16,806 bases of DNA from Chthoniobacteraceae bacterium (GCA_031409335.1 JANNWY010000068.1:1-16806), one strand, 5' to 3'. Positions 1-9,189 are shown, counted from the first letter of the stretch. Program-made: numbers and translations. The notes: generated from the letters alone by a model not told the origin.

Positions 1-3000
1 CGCAAATTGCACGTTGGCCGGCGGGGTTGCGTGCATCCGGCCCTGATTCTCCGCGACGATGCCATCGACGGGATAACCCACCAGCGTCTTGAGCGCGGAT
101 GAAAGCAAAAACTCGTTGTCCGTGGCATCGCTCGCCAGATATCCGCTGAAGCCCCCGCGCGCAGCCTCTCTGTCAAAATAGATCGCCGCCACATCGAGGT
201 GTTGCGATTGCGCTGACGATCTGCCGGGTGTCGCCTCCGCGATTCGCCGCGAGGCGTATCCGTCGAAGACATATGCACCCTTCGGAATGAGCGGTTCTGG
301 CTCGTAGGTCCCGCGATCCCGTTGGAAGAGCCATTGCAACCCCGCCGCATAACTTAGCGCGCCATCGTCAAAGACCACATGCCCCGCCGTCGCTACCACA
401 CGCGCCCCTCCCGTCCGCGCCAAATCAACCCGTACCGCAAAACCCGTCGCCACACCCACACTGCTGCGGAGCTGCCCCACGAAGGCATAGGGCAGATTCG
501 CGCTCCCCGAGACGGTCTCGAAAGAGAGTACGCCAGGCAGCAGTCCGGGCGGCGGAACGGGCGGCGTCAGATACGTCATCGTCGGCGCACTCGTCTGCCC
601 GTCCACCACCGGCACATTGAGCGGCGGCGGCGTGCTCCAGCCGGTCACCGGCTTGCATTCCACCAGATAATCGCCCGGCACCAGCCCCGTCACCGTGGTT
701 CCGCTATTCCGCCAGGTCGCGGACGTCGCGTCATTCGGATTGGCCGGATCGCCCTGCCCAAGGAAGCGCCACTGCGCGCGGGCGGGCTGCGCCACACCGG
801 GGTCCGCCAGCGCGGGCGGCGTCAAAGTCACCGTCAACCCGCCCAAACCGCCGGCGCCCGTCTCATAATACTCGCGGGTCAAAACCGTCGGCAGCCCGCC
901 GCTGATCACATTCACCGTCTCCGGCGGCGGCTGGATGAATCCCGGCACGGGCCGATACTCGACCGCGCGATCCCCCGTCTCCAGACCGCCCAGCGGCACT
1001 CCCGAAGCCCGCCAAACCTGCTCTCCGACAAAGCGCCAGCCCGGCACGATGAGCCCGCTTGGAATCAGGTTGATGATCACAAAGCCCTGCCGATCGGTTG
1101 ATGCCACTCCACCGGGAAAGGTCTGCGTGAACTGCGAAAGAACATCCAGCGTCAGCGTCGCCGCCGCACTGACTCCCACGCCCCCCGCGCTGGTCGCCTT
1201 CACCCGGTAAAAATAAGTCGCCTGGTGCGGCGGCAGCACACTGAACGTCACGCTCACCGGCACCGGCGAGTTCCCGGTCACCGTCAGCGGCGGCACTGGC
1301 GCGCTGGTAAAAAGAAGTGGGTTCGTAAAAGCCGCATCAGTCCCATACTCGAACACCACCGTCGTTGTCGCCCCCAGCGCATTCACCGTCCCGTGGAGCG
1401 TCGCACCATCCGAGGTCACCGCCGTCGCCGGCAACGCCACCGCCACCGGGTTTGTCAGAGTCGTGAAACTCTGCGCCCCACTGATCGTCGTCCCACCCGC
1501 ATTGGTGGCCACGATCCGGTAAAAATAAGTCGTCCCCGGAGGCAAACTCAGCACCGTAAAAAACACTGGCATCGGGCTGTTCCCCTGCACCATCTGGACG
1601 GGCGATGGTGTCTTAAACGTAAAATTTTCGTCCGTTGCATACTCGAAATACACGGTGGAGCCGTAGTTGCGCGCGTTCACCGTGCCATTCAGGGTCGCGC
1701 GGCCATCCTCGTTGTCATTCGGAATGCCGAAATTCCGCATGATCGCCGTGGCCGGTGTGGCCACGGCCTCTGGCCGCGCCAGCGTGGAAAAGCTCGCCAC
1801 CGGGCTCACTGTCGTCCCGTAGCTGCTCGTTGCGGTGAAGCGGTAGTAGTAGGTCGTGCCAGGACTCAGGCCGCTCAGCGTCCGGCCGAGCAACACGGAC
1901 TGGTATCCGTTCAGATTGACCGTGACGGGCACAATGGTTGAAAGATTGCCCGCGTCGGTCCCATGTTCGATTTGCACCGCAGTGATCGCGCCGCGCGCAT
2001 TGACCTTGGTGCTCACGAGGGCGTCTGTGCTGCCTGGCGCCGTAGTGGGCGGGTTGACCAGCGGCGCACCGGGGAAGAGCAGGCGGTAGATGGTTCCATC
2101 GGGTCCGGACGTGGTTCCGTAGAGGTTGCCATCGATCCCTTGGGTCAATGCGCCTATTGGATACCCGTCGGCGCTGGACGCGAACTCCACCAGCGTGGTG
2201 AGCACTCCCGCCGGCGTCATCTTGAACACTGTACCGTAGCCTGAGGCTGCTGTTCCGCCGATGAAAGCGATCCCGCCAAATTGGGTCGCGCCGTAGAAGT
2301 TGCCATCGCGGCCCTGCACCAAACGGGCGCCAGGAACGCTTCCCTTGTTGCTCGTCCCGTTGCCCGTGAACTCCACCAGCGTGGTCAACCCGGTATTTGG
2401 CGGCGCGTTCGGATCCACTTTGAAGACGGTGCCGTAGCCGTACGCACCGCCGATTCCGGTAATGCCGCCGAATCCGGTCATGCCGTACAAATTCCCGTCG
2501 TTGCCCTGCACCAAGCTTCCTAAAGTGGGATATTTTCCCTTGTTGATCACCCCGTTGACATTCACCCCGTCCGTGAAGTCCACCAGCGTCGTGAGCACCC
2601 CGTCTAGCGTCACCTTGAACACCGTACCGCTGCCTGAGAATACTGACCCATCGGAACCGGGCCCGCCCCAGGAGGTCGTGCCGTAGAAGTTGCCATCGCT
2701 ACCCTGCACCAAGCCGGCGTTAGGATGGAACCCCTTATTGCTGCCGCTGAACGGGAACGACACCAGCGTGGTCAGCTCCCCGGCGGGCGTCATTCTGAAC
2801 ACCGTGCCAAAGCCGTAGTCACCAGCATTCGACCGAAAAACCCCACCACTAGTCGTCGTGCCGTAGAAGTTGCCGTCGCTGCCCTGCACCAAGTCGCAGG
2901 TGGGACCATTTCCCTTGTTGCTGACCCCGTTGTCGGTGAACTCCACCAGCGTGGTGAGCATCCCCGCCGGCGTCATCTTGAATACCGTGCCGAGGTTGGT

Positions 3001-5325
3001 CGCACCGCCTTGGCCGGTCGTGCCGTAGAAATCCCCATAGCTTCCGTCCTGACGCCGCTCCTGCACCAAGCCGGCGTAGGGACCGATTCCCTTGTTGACG
3101 GGGGAAGTGCCGGTGAAGGCCACCAGCGTGGTCAGCGCCCCAGCGGGCGTCACCTTGAACACCGTGCCGAAGTTGTCGGTGCCGGCGCCTAGGTTGGACG
3201 TGCCACCTTGGTTGGTCATGCCATAGAAGTCCCCAAGGCTTCCGTCCTGACGCCGCTCCTGCACCAAACTGCCCAAAGGAAGGATTCCGTTGTTGCGGCC
3301 ATCGTTACCCTTGAACTCCACCAGCGTGGTCAACCCGGTATTTGGTGCCGCATTCGGATTGATCTTGAACACGGTGCCGTAGCCAAACAATCCCGTTTTG
3401 AATGTCGTGCCATAGAAATTGCCATCATTGCCCTGTACCAAGCCCTTGACGGGATAGCTTCCCCTGTTGCTGCCATCGCCGCCCGTGAATTCGACCAGCG
3501 TGGTCAACCCGGTATTTGGCGCCGCATTCGGATTCAACTTGAACACGGTGCCGTAACCATCATGGCCGGGGTATGAGTCATTCCCGAAGGAGCCGCCCTG
3601 CTCGGTCGTTCCGTAAAAGTCTCCGTCGCTGCCCTGCACCAAGCCGGCCTGAGGATTTCTTCCTTTGTTGGTTGCCCCGTTTTCCGTGAAGTCAACCAGC
3701 GTCGTCAGCACTCCGGCCGGCGTCATTTTGAACACCGTGCCGTAACCGTACGCGCCGCCCAGGACGGTCGTGCCGTAGAAGTTGCTGTCGCTTCCCTGCA
3801 CCAAGTCGGCGGCTGGATACTGCCCTCTGTTACTGGGTCCATTGCCGGTGAACTCGACCAGCGTCGTCAGCACCCCGGCTGGCGTCATTTTGAACACCGT
3901 GCCGAGGTTGTCAGCGCCGCCGGATTGGGTCGTGCCGTAGAAGCTGCCATCGCTGCGCTGCACCAAGACGGCGGAAGGATTGCTTCCCTTGTTACTGGGC
4001 ACGTTGCCGGAGAACTCCACCAGCGTGGTGAGCATCCCCGCCGGCGTCATCTTGAACACCGTGCCGTCGCCGGTCGCGCCGCCCTGGCCGGTCGTGCCGT
4101 AGAAGTTGCCATCGCTGCCCTGCACCAAGCCGACACCGGGCCATTTTCCCTTGTTGATCACCCCGTTGACATTCAACCCGTTCGTGAAGTCCACCAGCGT
4201 CGTGAGCACCCCGGCTGGCGTCATCTTAAACACCGTGCCGTTGCCTGAGAATGCTGACCCATCGGAACCGGGCCCGCCCCAGGTGGTCGTGCCGTAGAAG
4301 TTTCCATCGCTGCCCTGCACCAAGCCGGCGTTAGGATGGAACCCCTTATTGCTGCCGCTGAACGGGAACTTCAGCAGCGTGGTCAGCTTCCCGGCGGGCG
4401 TCATCCTATACACCGTGCCGAAGTCATTCGTCCCACCCGCGGTGGTCGTGCCGTAGAAGTTGCCATCGCTGCCCTGCACCAAGCGGGCGAAAGGTGCCCA
4501 CCCGTCCCGCACCTGCGTGAAGTCGAATATTTTTTCATACACGGGAGGCGTGTTCGGCGCCGGGCCGGCGGCGAAGCGGGCCTGAATCTCCGTCGCACTC
4601 ATCGCGTGGTCGTAGATGGCGCACTCGTCGTAGGTGCCGTCGGTGTTGGAGTTTGGGCTGAAGTTGCTGCGACCCAGCCAGTTGTTCACGTCGTCGATCT
4701 GGCTGAGGCTGCCGGCGAAGGAGCCGCTCTGGCCCGCGAATACACCATCGAGATACCAGCGCTGGACGGCAGTGCCACCGGTCTGGTCCCACACGTAGGT
4801 GAAGAGATGGTGGGCACCCAACGCGATGGGCACGGCGGTGTCCACCGTGCTCACAGAACCGCCGCCGCGCCAGAAAGTCATCACGTTGTCATTGATGTTG
4901 GTGGCCCTGCTGGGCAGTAGCGTGATAAAGCTTCTGCCGCTGAAGCTGCCGCCGGGGCCGGTGATTTCCCCGGAGAAGGTGGAACCAAAGTCGAAGACGC
5001 GCTGCCAGTCTTGCAGCGTATCAAGGGTGAGCCAGACCTCGATGGTGAGGTCGGTGAGCGGGGAGATGAGGCCATTGGGCAGGTCGATGTAAGCCTGCGT
5101 CGCCGGGGAACCGCCCGGCAGGCTGATGCCCGCGTTCGTGGAAATGGCACCGGCGCCGCGGATGGTGGCGACGAGGCCATTTTCGCCGGTGATCGTGGCA
5201 CCGTTGGCGGTGGAGGGCACATCGTTGAAAGTCCAGCGTTCCACCAAGGCAGCCCGGAGCGGGACGCAAGCACCGGAAAGGACGTGGAGGAGAACAGTGA
5301 GTGTGAAGAGCAGTCGGAGGTTCAT
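1..5325 (-). CDS. Large secreted multidomain protein (3' end outside window): signal peptide, LamG/concanavalin A-like domain, 14 Gloeo_Verruco (GloVer) repeats, three FN3-like domains, two PEGA-like modules, trypsin-like serine protease domain
   Basis: Manual translation from ATG at 5325 gives MNLRLLFTLTVLLHVLSGACVPLRAALVERWTFND... The frame stays open to base 1 (1775 codons) and is absent from the ORF track because no stop lies in the window. LamG-like motifs are TIEVW, WQRVFDFG, WYLDG and DECAIYDHAMSATEI (~4570-5250). Repeats read LVQGSDGNFYGTT...GTVFKMTPAGVLTTLV (~2080-4500). FN3-like motifs are ATLNGTVNA and PGTTYYYRF (~1150-2040). Protease motifs are VVATAGHVV (TAGH at 379-390), LDVAAIYF (Asp at 193-195) and LVGYP. 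Confidence 0.93.
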   Translation of the reverse strand, partial: MNLRLLFTLTVLLHVLSGACVPLRAALVERWTFNDVPSTANGATITGENGLVATIRGAGAISTNAGISLPGGSPATQAYIDLPNGLISPLTDLTIEVWLTLDTLQDWQRVFDFGSTFSGEITGPGGSFSGRSFITLLPSRATNINDNVMTFWRGGGSVSTVDTAVPIALGAHHLFTYVWDQTGGTAVQRWYLDGVFAGQSGSFAGSLSQIDDVNNWLGRSNFSPNSNTDGTYDECAIYDHAMSATEIQARFAAGPAPNTPPVYEKIFDFTQVRDGWAPFARLVQGSDGNFYGTTTAGGTNDFGTVYRMTPAGKLTTLLKFPFSGSNKGFHPNAGLVQGSDGNFYGTTTWGGPGSDGSAFSGNGTVFKMTPAGVLTTLVDFTNGLNVNGVINKGKWPGVGLVQGSDGNFYGTTGQGGATGDGTVFKMTPAGMLTTLVEFSGNVPSNKGSNPSAVLVQRSDGSFYGTTQSGGADNLGTVFKMTPAGVLTTLVEFTGNGPSNRGQYPAADLVQGSDSNFYGTTVLGGAYGYGTVFKMTPAGVLTTLVDFTENGATNKGRNPQAGLVQGSDGDFYGTTEQGGSFGNDSYPGHDGYGTVFKLNPNAAPNTGLTTLVEFTGGDGSNRGSYPVKGLVQGNDGNFYGTTFKTGLFGYGTVFKINPNAAPNTGLTTLVEFKGNDGRNNGILPLGSLVQERRQDGSLGDFYGMTNQGGTSNLGAGTDNFGTVFKVTPAGALTTLVAFTGTSPVNKGIGPYAGLVQERRQDGSYGDFYGTTGQGGATNLGTVFKMTPAGMLTTLVEFTDNGVSNKGNGPTCDLVQGSDGNFYGTTTSGGVFRSNAGDYGFGTVFRMTPAGELTTLVSFPFSGSNKGFHPNAGLVQGSDGNFYGTTSWGGPGSDGSVFSGSGTVFKVTLDGVLTTLVDFTDGVNVNGVINKGKYPTLGSLVQGNDGNLYGMTGFGGITGIGGAYGYGTVFKVDPNAPPNTGLTTLVEFTGNGTSNKGSVPGARLVQGRDGNFYGATQFGGIAFIGGTAASGYGTVFKMTPAGVLTTLVEFASSADGYPIGALTQGIDGNLYGTTSGPDGTIYRLLFPGAPLVNPPTTAPGSTDALVSTKVNARGAITAVQIEHGTDAGNLSTIVPVTVNLNGYQSVLLGRTLSGLSPGTTYYYRFTATSSYGTTVSPVASFSTLARPEAVATPATAIMRNFGIPNDNEDGRATLNGTVNARNYGSTVYFEYATDENFTFKTPSPVQMVQGNSPMPVFFTVLSLPPGTTYFYRIVATNAGGTTISGAQSFTTLTNPVAVALPATAVTSDGATLHGTVNALGATTTVVFEYGTDAAFTNPLLFTSAPVPPLTVTGNSPVPVSVTFSVLPPHQATYFYRVKATSAGGVGVSAAATLTLDVLSQFTQTFPGGVASTDRQGFVIINLIPSGLIVPGWRFVGEQVWRASGVPLGGLETGDRAVEYRPVPGFIQPPPETVNVISGGLPTVLTREYYETGAGGLGGLTVTLTPPALADPGVAQPARAQWRFLGQGDPANPNDATSATWRNSGTTVTGLVPGDYLVECKPVTGWSTPPPLNVPVVDGQTSAPTMTYLTPPVPPPGLLPGVLSFETVSGSANLPYAFVGQLRSSVGVATGFAVRVDLARTGGARVVATAGHVVFDDGALSYAAGLQWLFQRDRGTYEPEPLIPKGAYVFDGYASRRIAEATPGRSSAQSQHLDVAAIYFDREAARGGFSGYLASDATDNEFLLSSALKTLVGYPVDGIVAENQGRMHATPPANVQFA
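2080..4500 (-). repeat. 14 intragenic coding tandem repeats (~160-200 nt) of GloVer type, probable beta-propeller blades
   Basis: The LVQ/LTQ anchor (mostly ctgcaccaa on the + strand) recurs near 2140, 2313, 2505, 2702, 2882, 3061, 3259, 3432, 3632, 3794, 3958, 4118, 4313 and 4472. Confidence 0.9.
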
Positions 5326-5467
5326 ATCGTGAGCAATTCAGTGGTTGCGAGGCGTGCGAGAAATCTCAGCCTGCGGCGCCTGCTGGCCGTGCCGATCCCG
5401 GCCCAGCTCCTCGTGAGGCCCGCGCGGCGCGGCGCAGCAGATGCGGCGCAGCCGTGGGATCCCTTTG

Positions 5468-5722
5468 GCGTCCCGGAGGGATGCAGGAGATTAGCCGGGG
5501 GTGAAGCGCAGCGGAACCCCCGGATCACCGGAGAAAACGCGGCGCGCCCCGAAGGTGGCGCAACAAGCCTCGCGCGGGTTTCTCGCGCCGCCTTCGGGGC
5601 GCCTCGTGAACTCCTCAAGTTCCGGGGGTTTCGCCCTTCGGCAGGCTCAGGGCCTCGAGCCTGTCGAGACGGCTCGTTCCTCGCGCCACCCCCGGCTACT
5701 GTCTCTCGTCCCTGCGGGACGC
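5468..5722. repeat. ~255-bp nested inverted-repeat element (REPIN/MITE-like)
   Basis: There are four concentric arm pairs: 5468-5483/5707-5722 (14/16), 5492-5503/5687-5698 (12/12), 5515-5524/5621-5630 (10/10) and 5544-5561/5585-5602 (17/18). Confidence 0.85.
5634..5672. repeat. 39-bp mini-palindrome (copy 1), inserted in the right arm of the larger element
   Basis: The sequence is cccttcggcaggctcagggcctcgagcctgtcgagacgg, with stem tcggcaggctc/gagcctgtcga. It has no counterpart in the left arm and is 32/39 identical to the reconstituted copy at 15663-15740. Confidence 0.85.
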
Positions 5723-5974
5723 TGGCGACGAGGGTGCAGCCGATCAACAGACGCGCCGACGCGACGCGGCGGCCGAGCTGTCGGGTTTTCATGTGGACGT
5801 GTTTTTATTCGTGGGGCGCGACCAACGGAGGCAGTCCGGCCGGCCCAACGAATAACCTCCTTTTTACCACCTTTTCGCGCAATACCCACAGATATTCAGT
5901 ATTCTCCCAAGACTATCGCATCAAAAACACTGGCTGATGGGTTGGTCTGTCCAAGAGGCATCTGCCACCCAGCG

Positions 5975-6033
5975 GCGCAGCGTCCAAACCTGTCATTCTG
6001 AGGCACGAAGAATGACAGCGTGCTGCGCTGCGC
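5975..6033. repeat. Hairpin/palindromic repeat with a tgtcattct...agaatgaca core
   Basis: Perfect 10-bp inverted repeat at 5990-5999/6009-6018, with an outer gcgcagcg/cgctgcgc pair at 5975-5982/6026-6033. Confidence 0.7.
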
Positions 6034-6201
6034 GGCGGTGCGGCCATCTTCACTTTTGGTGCGTTTATTCTCCCGCCGACCGAAAATCGTCCACTGGCGC
6101 AAAAGCAAATGGAGGATCAGTAGGAAGCTTCGGATGGCGTGCGACTTTCGGTTTGCTGAATCCGGTGGGCGGCGTATGGACACTGCGGCTTCCCGTTTTC
6201 A

Positions 6202-9180
6202 ATGAAATCAACTTTCTTCCCCTGGCGCGGAGTGATGGCGCTTCTCGCGGTCTTCCAATTCGCGCACCCGGTCTTTGGGGCGCAATTGATCAGCAGTCGC
6301 TCCGATGGCTCGGCGCTCAATGGCGCGAGCAGCGAGCCTTCGATCAGCGGTGATGGGCGTTTCGTGGTCTTTTCCACTCACGCCAAGCTGAGTGCCTCGG
6401 ATGCCAACGGCAAATCCGACGTGTATCTGAAGGACCGGCAGGTGGGAACGCTGCGGCGGCTTTCAAACGAGATCGGCGGCGACCAGCCGATGATCAGTGC
6501 GAATGGGCGCTACGTAATTTTTCGGGCGCTCGAAACGTTTCCAAAAATCCGCTTCGTGGATCTGGAGAGCAGTGAGCCCGTGCGAACCGTTTCGTATCCG
6601 TTCAGTGGCAACACCCTGGCCTCGTTTCGCTATGCGGACTCCGCAACGATTTCGCCGGATGGCGCGTTCGTGGCATTTTCCTTCCGCCCAATTCCCGGCT
6701 TCAACAACGCGACCAATCCGTTGCTGTGCGTGAACCGCACGTTCGCCGCGGATCGCCTCAATGCCACCGACACGGCCCCACAGAGCTTTAACCTGACGAC
6801 GCTGGCGCGGTCTTCCATGACGCGGGATGGCGGCAGATTCTTTTTTGAAACGCGGGACGCGCTGCTCCCGGCGGACACCAATGGCGTGGTGGATATTTAC
6901 ATGGCGACGCCGAATGACGATTTCGTGGTGCGGCTGAGCGCGACGGAGAACGGCCTGCCAGAAACGGGGGCCGCCTACGATCCGGTGGCGACGCCGGATG
7001 GCAGCACGGTGTTCTTCATTTCAAACCGGCGGCTGCGCGTCGGCGACACGGATGGCCGGGCGACGATTTATCGCTCCGTTTCGGCGGATAATTTTGCCAC
7101 GCCGCAGCCACTCCCGATGTCGGTGCTGCCGGTCTCCATTTCCGCGCAGGCTACCTCGGACGGGCAATTTCTCGTCTTTCTCGGGCGCTCCGCGAGCGGT
7201 GTGCTGCGGCCGTATGTGTGGCGGGCGAGTGATGGTGCGATTCGCGAGATCGCTTCCGCGGCGACGGCGTCCACTGGCGAGCCGTCGATCTCGGCGGATA
7301 ATGGCAACATCGTTTTCGCCAGCAGCAATAGCTTTGCGGGCGGCGATCAGAATGGGACTTCGGATGTGTATCTCGTGCAAAATCCATTTGTCGGCGCGCG
7401 ACTCGCGAAGCCGGTGGTCACGCTGGCGGGAGTCGTGAATGGCGCGGTGATTACCGAAGGCAACGGTTTGAATCTCACGGGCAGCGCGTCTGGCGGCGGC
7501 GGCATTCTTTTTACCACGCTCGAAGTGGATGGAGTCGAGGTGCAGCGAACTGCTGGCGGATCGGCGAATCGGTTCACGGTCTTGAGCCGTGGCGTGCATA
7601 CGCTTCGTGCCAGCGCACTGAGCCTCGCGCACGTCCCCGGACAATCCGCGCAGGTGCAGGTGACGGTGGTGCCGGCGCCGAACACGCTCCGCATCACAGG
7701 TCCGCGCGGGCTCCAGCGTTTCCCGCAGACGGATGGCTCCACGGCATTCAGCGCGAGCGTGCGGATCGATAACACGTTCGGCACCGCCTCCGGCGCGTTG
7801 CAAATCGCCGTGGTCGAAATCCCGAATGCGGCCGCGTGGGAGATTTTTGGCGATCCCGACAGCGTGACGCCTGCGCCCGAGCAAGTGATCGGCCTGATTG
7901 ACATTCCGTCGCTGCCCGGCGGTGGCGCGAATGTGACTGCGTTGAGCGAACGGGTGACTCCCGCGGCAGTGAGCGGCGATGGTTTCCAAGGGAGCGGCAC
8001 GACGGTCGTGGCGCGGTTGCGGGAGTTGGTCGGGGGTGTCTGGTTGATTCGCGATCAAGTGGATCTGATCGCGATTCGTCCGGCTTTGAACGAAGAAACA
8101 CCGGGACCCAATGGCGGCATTCCCGTGCTCACCCCGAACACCGGCAACAACAACTTCACGCCCGCCGTGTATCAAGACGTCCAGATTCAAGCGTTGCCGG
8201 CCATCGTCGAGCGGAGCAGCATCGCCCTCAGTGCCATCGCCATTTACAGCAATGGCAACCAGCCGTGCCGGCCAGACTGGAGCATCGTCAGCGGCGGCGC
8301 GGGCGCGTCGATTTCACCGCTCGGTGTTCTCAGCGTGGGCGATGTGAGTGTGGCGACCAGGGTCGGAGTGCGCGCGAGTTTTGGTGGAAGGACGAATACG
8401 ATGTCCGTCACGGTCACGCCCCGATCACCGGTCATCTCCGTCACTCCCGTGCTCCCGCTTGCGACGGAAAGCGGCGCACCGGGCAGCTTCAAAATCCTGC
8501 GCACTCCGGTCGATAGTTCGCCGCTGACCGTGAGCTACCGCGTGGCAGGCAGCGCCACCTCCGGGCAGGATTTCACCGCGCTCAGCGGGACGGCGGTCAT
8601 TCCCGCCGGAGCGGCCTCGGTCCGCATCCAGGTCGTCCCGATCGACGATGCGAATTTTGAAGGCCGTGAGCGTGTGACGCTCGTGGTCCTGCCTTCCGCG
8701 CAATACCGGCGCAACGCATCGAGTTCCGCGACGCTGGTGATCGAGGACAATGAGCCGGGCCGCCCTGACGCGACCATCCGCGCCAGCGGCGGCGCGGAAA
8801 TTGGCGCGTTTCAGATCGAGTTCAATTTTCCCGGTTCTGAGCAGCGCGCCTTTCTGCGCGGCGTCGCCGGCACCCCGTCCGGCTTCGCCTGCCGCTTCAT
8901 CAATCGGAGCGCGGCGGCGGAGAATTTCACGATCAGCGGCGGAGCGGATATCCTCGGATGCAGCGTCCGGTATTTCTTTGGCAGCAGCGATGTCACCGTG
9001 CAGATCGTGGGCAGCACCTTTACGGTGAACAACGTGCCGCCGGGCGGACAAGTCGGGCTGCTGGTGCGCCTGACGACGAGCGCAGCCACGCCGCTCGGCG
9101 CGGTGATCCGCTGCCCGATCCGGCTCGATGGAAATACCGGCAGCGATACGGTGGAGGCGATGGTGCGGCGAATTCGGTGA
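6202..9180 (+). CDS. Secreted protein: TolB-like/PD40 beta-propeller, Ig-like domains, Calx-beta domain
   Basis: 992-aa ORF with a signal peptide (MKSTFFPWRGVMALLAVFQFAHPVFG). Propeller repeats are PSISGDGRFVVFS, DANGKSDVY, DTNGVVDIY and DQNGTSDVY. The Calx-beta motif is VSYRVAGSATSGQDF...PIDDANFEGRERVTL...IEDNE. Confidence 0.92.
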   Translation: MKSTFFPWRGVMALLAVFQFAHPVFGAQLISSRSDGSALNGASSEPSISGDGRFVVFSTHAKLSASDANGKSDVYLKDRQVGTLRRLSNEIGGDQPMISANGRYVIFRALETFPKIRFVDLESSEPVRTVSYPFSGNTLASFRYADSATISPDGAFVAFSFRPIPGFNNATNPLLCVNRTFAADRLNATDTAPQSFNLTTLARSSMTRDGGRFFFETRDALLPADTNGVVDIYMATPNDDFVVRLSATENGLPETGAAYDPVATPDGSTVFFISNRRLRVGDTDGRATIYRSVSADNFATPQPLPMSVLPVSISAQATSDGQFLVFLGRSASGVLRPYVWRASDGAIREIASAATASTGEPSISADNGNIVFASSNSFAGGDQNGTSDVYLVQNPFVGARLAKPVVTLAGVVNGAVITEGNGLNLTGSASGGGGILFTTLEVDGVEVQRTAGGSANRFTVLSRGVHTLRASALSLAHVPGQSAQVQVTVVPAPNTLRITGPRGLQRFPQTDGSTAFSASVRIDNTFGTASGALQIAVVEIPNAAAWEIFGDPDSVTPAPEQVIGLIDIPSLPGGGANVTALSERVTPAAVSGDGFQGSGTTVVARLRELVGGVWLIRDQVDLIAIRPALNEETPGPNGGIPVLTPNTGNNNFTPAVYQDVQIQALPAIVERSSIALSAIAIYSNGNQPCRPDWSIVSGGAGASISPLGVLSVGDVSVATRVGVRASFGGRTNTMSVTVTPRSPVISVTPVLPLATESGAPGSFKILRTPVDSSPLTVSYRVAGSATSGQDFTALSGTAVIPAGAASVRIQVVPIDDANFEGRERVTLVVLPSAQYRRNASSSATLVIEDNEPGRPDATIRASGGAEIGAFQIEFNFPGSEQRAFLRGVAGTPSGFACRFINRSAAAENFTISGGADILGCSVRYFFGSSDVTVQIVGSTFTVNNVPPGGQVGLLVRLTTSAATPLGAVIRCPIRLDGNTGSDTVEAMVRRIR

Positions 9181-9189
9181 GACAGACAA

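Noticed and set aside
2532..4419. Near-identical pairs (also 9440/11352) as DGR template and variable repeats
   Set aside because: The mismatches involve all bases rather than adenines only, and no reverse transcriptase is in the window.
2080..4500. Repeat-spacer-like periodicity suggesting a CRISPR array
   Set aside because: The units are 160-200 nt, degenerate at third codon positions and in frame in a protein. No cas genes are present.
379..5273. Many ORF-track entries (379-1101, 1225-1941, 2725-3192, 4336-4920 and others) with recurring HQRG/AVEVAI motifs
   Set aside because: They are antisense or off-frame shadows of the large minus-strand gene, and their periodicity mirrors its repeats.
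5011..6183. ORFs 5011-5937, 5501-6001, 5647-5889 and 5896-6183
   Set aside because: They are translations of palindromic repeats and promoter DNA, with no protein-like composition.
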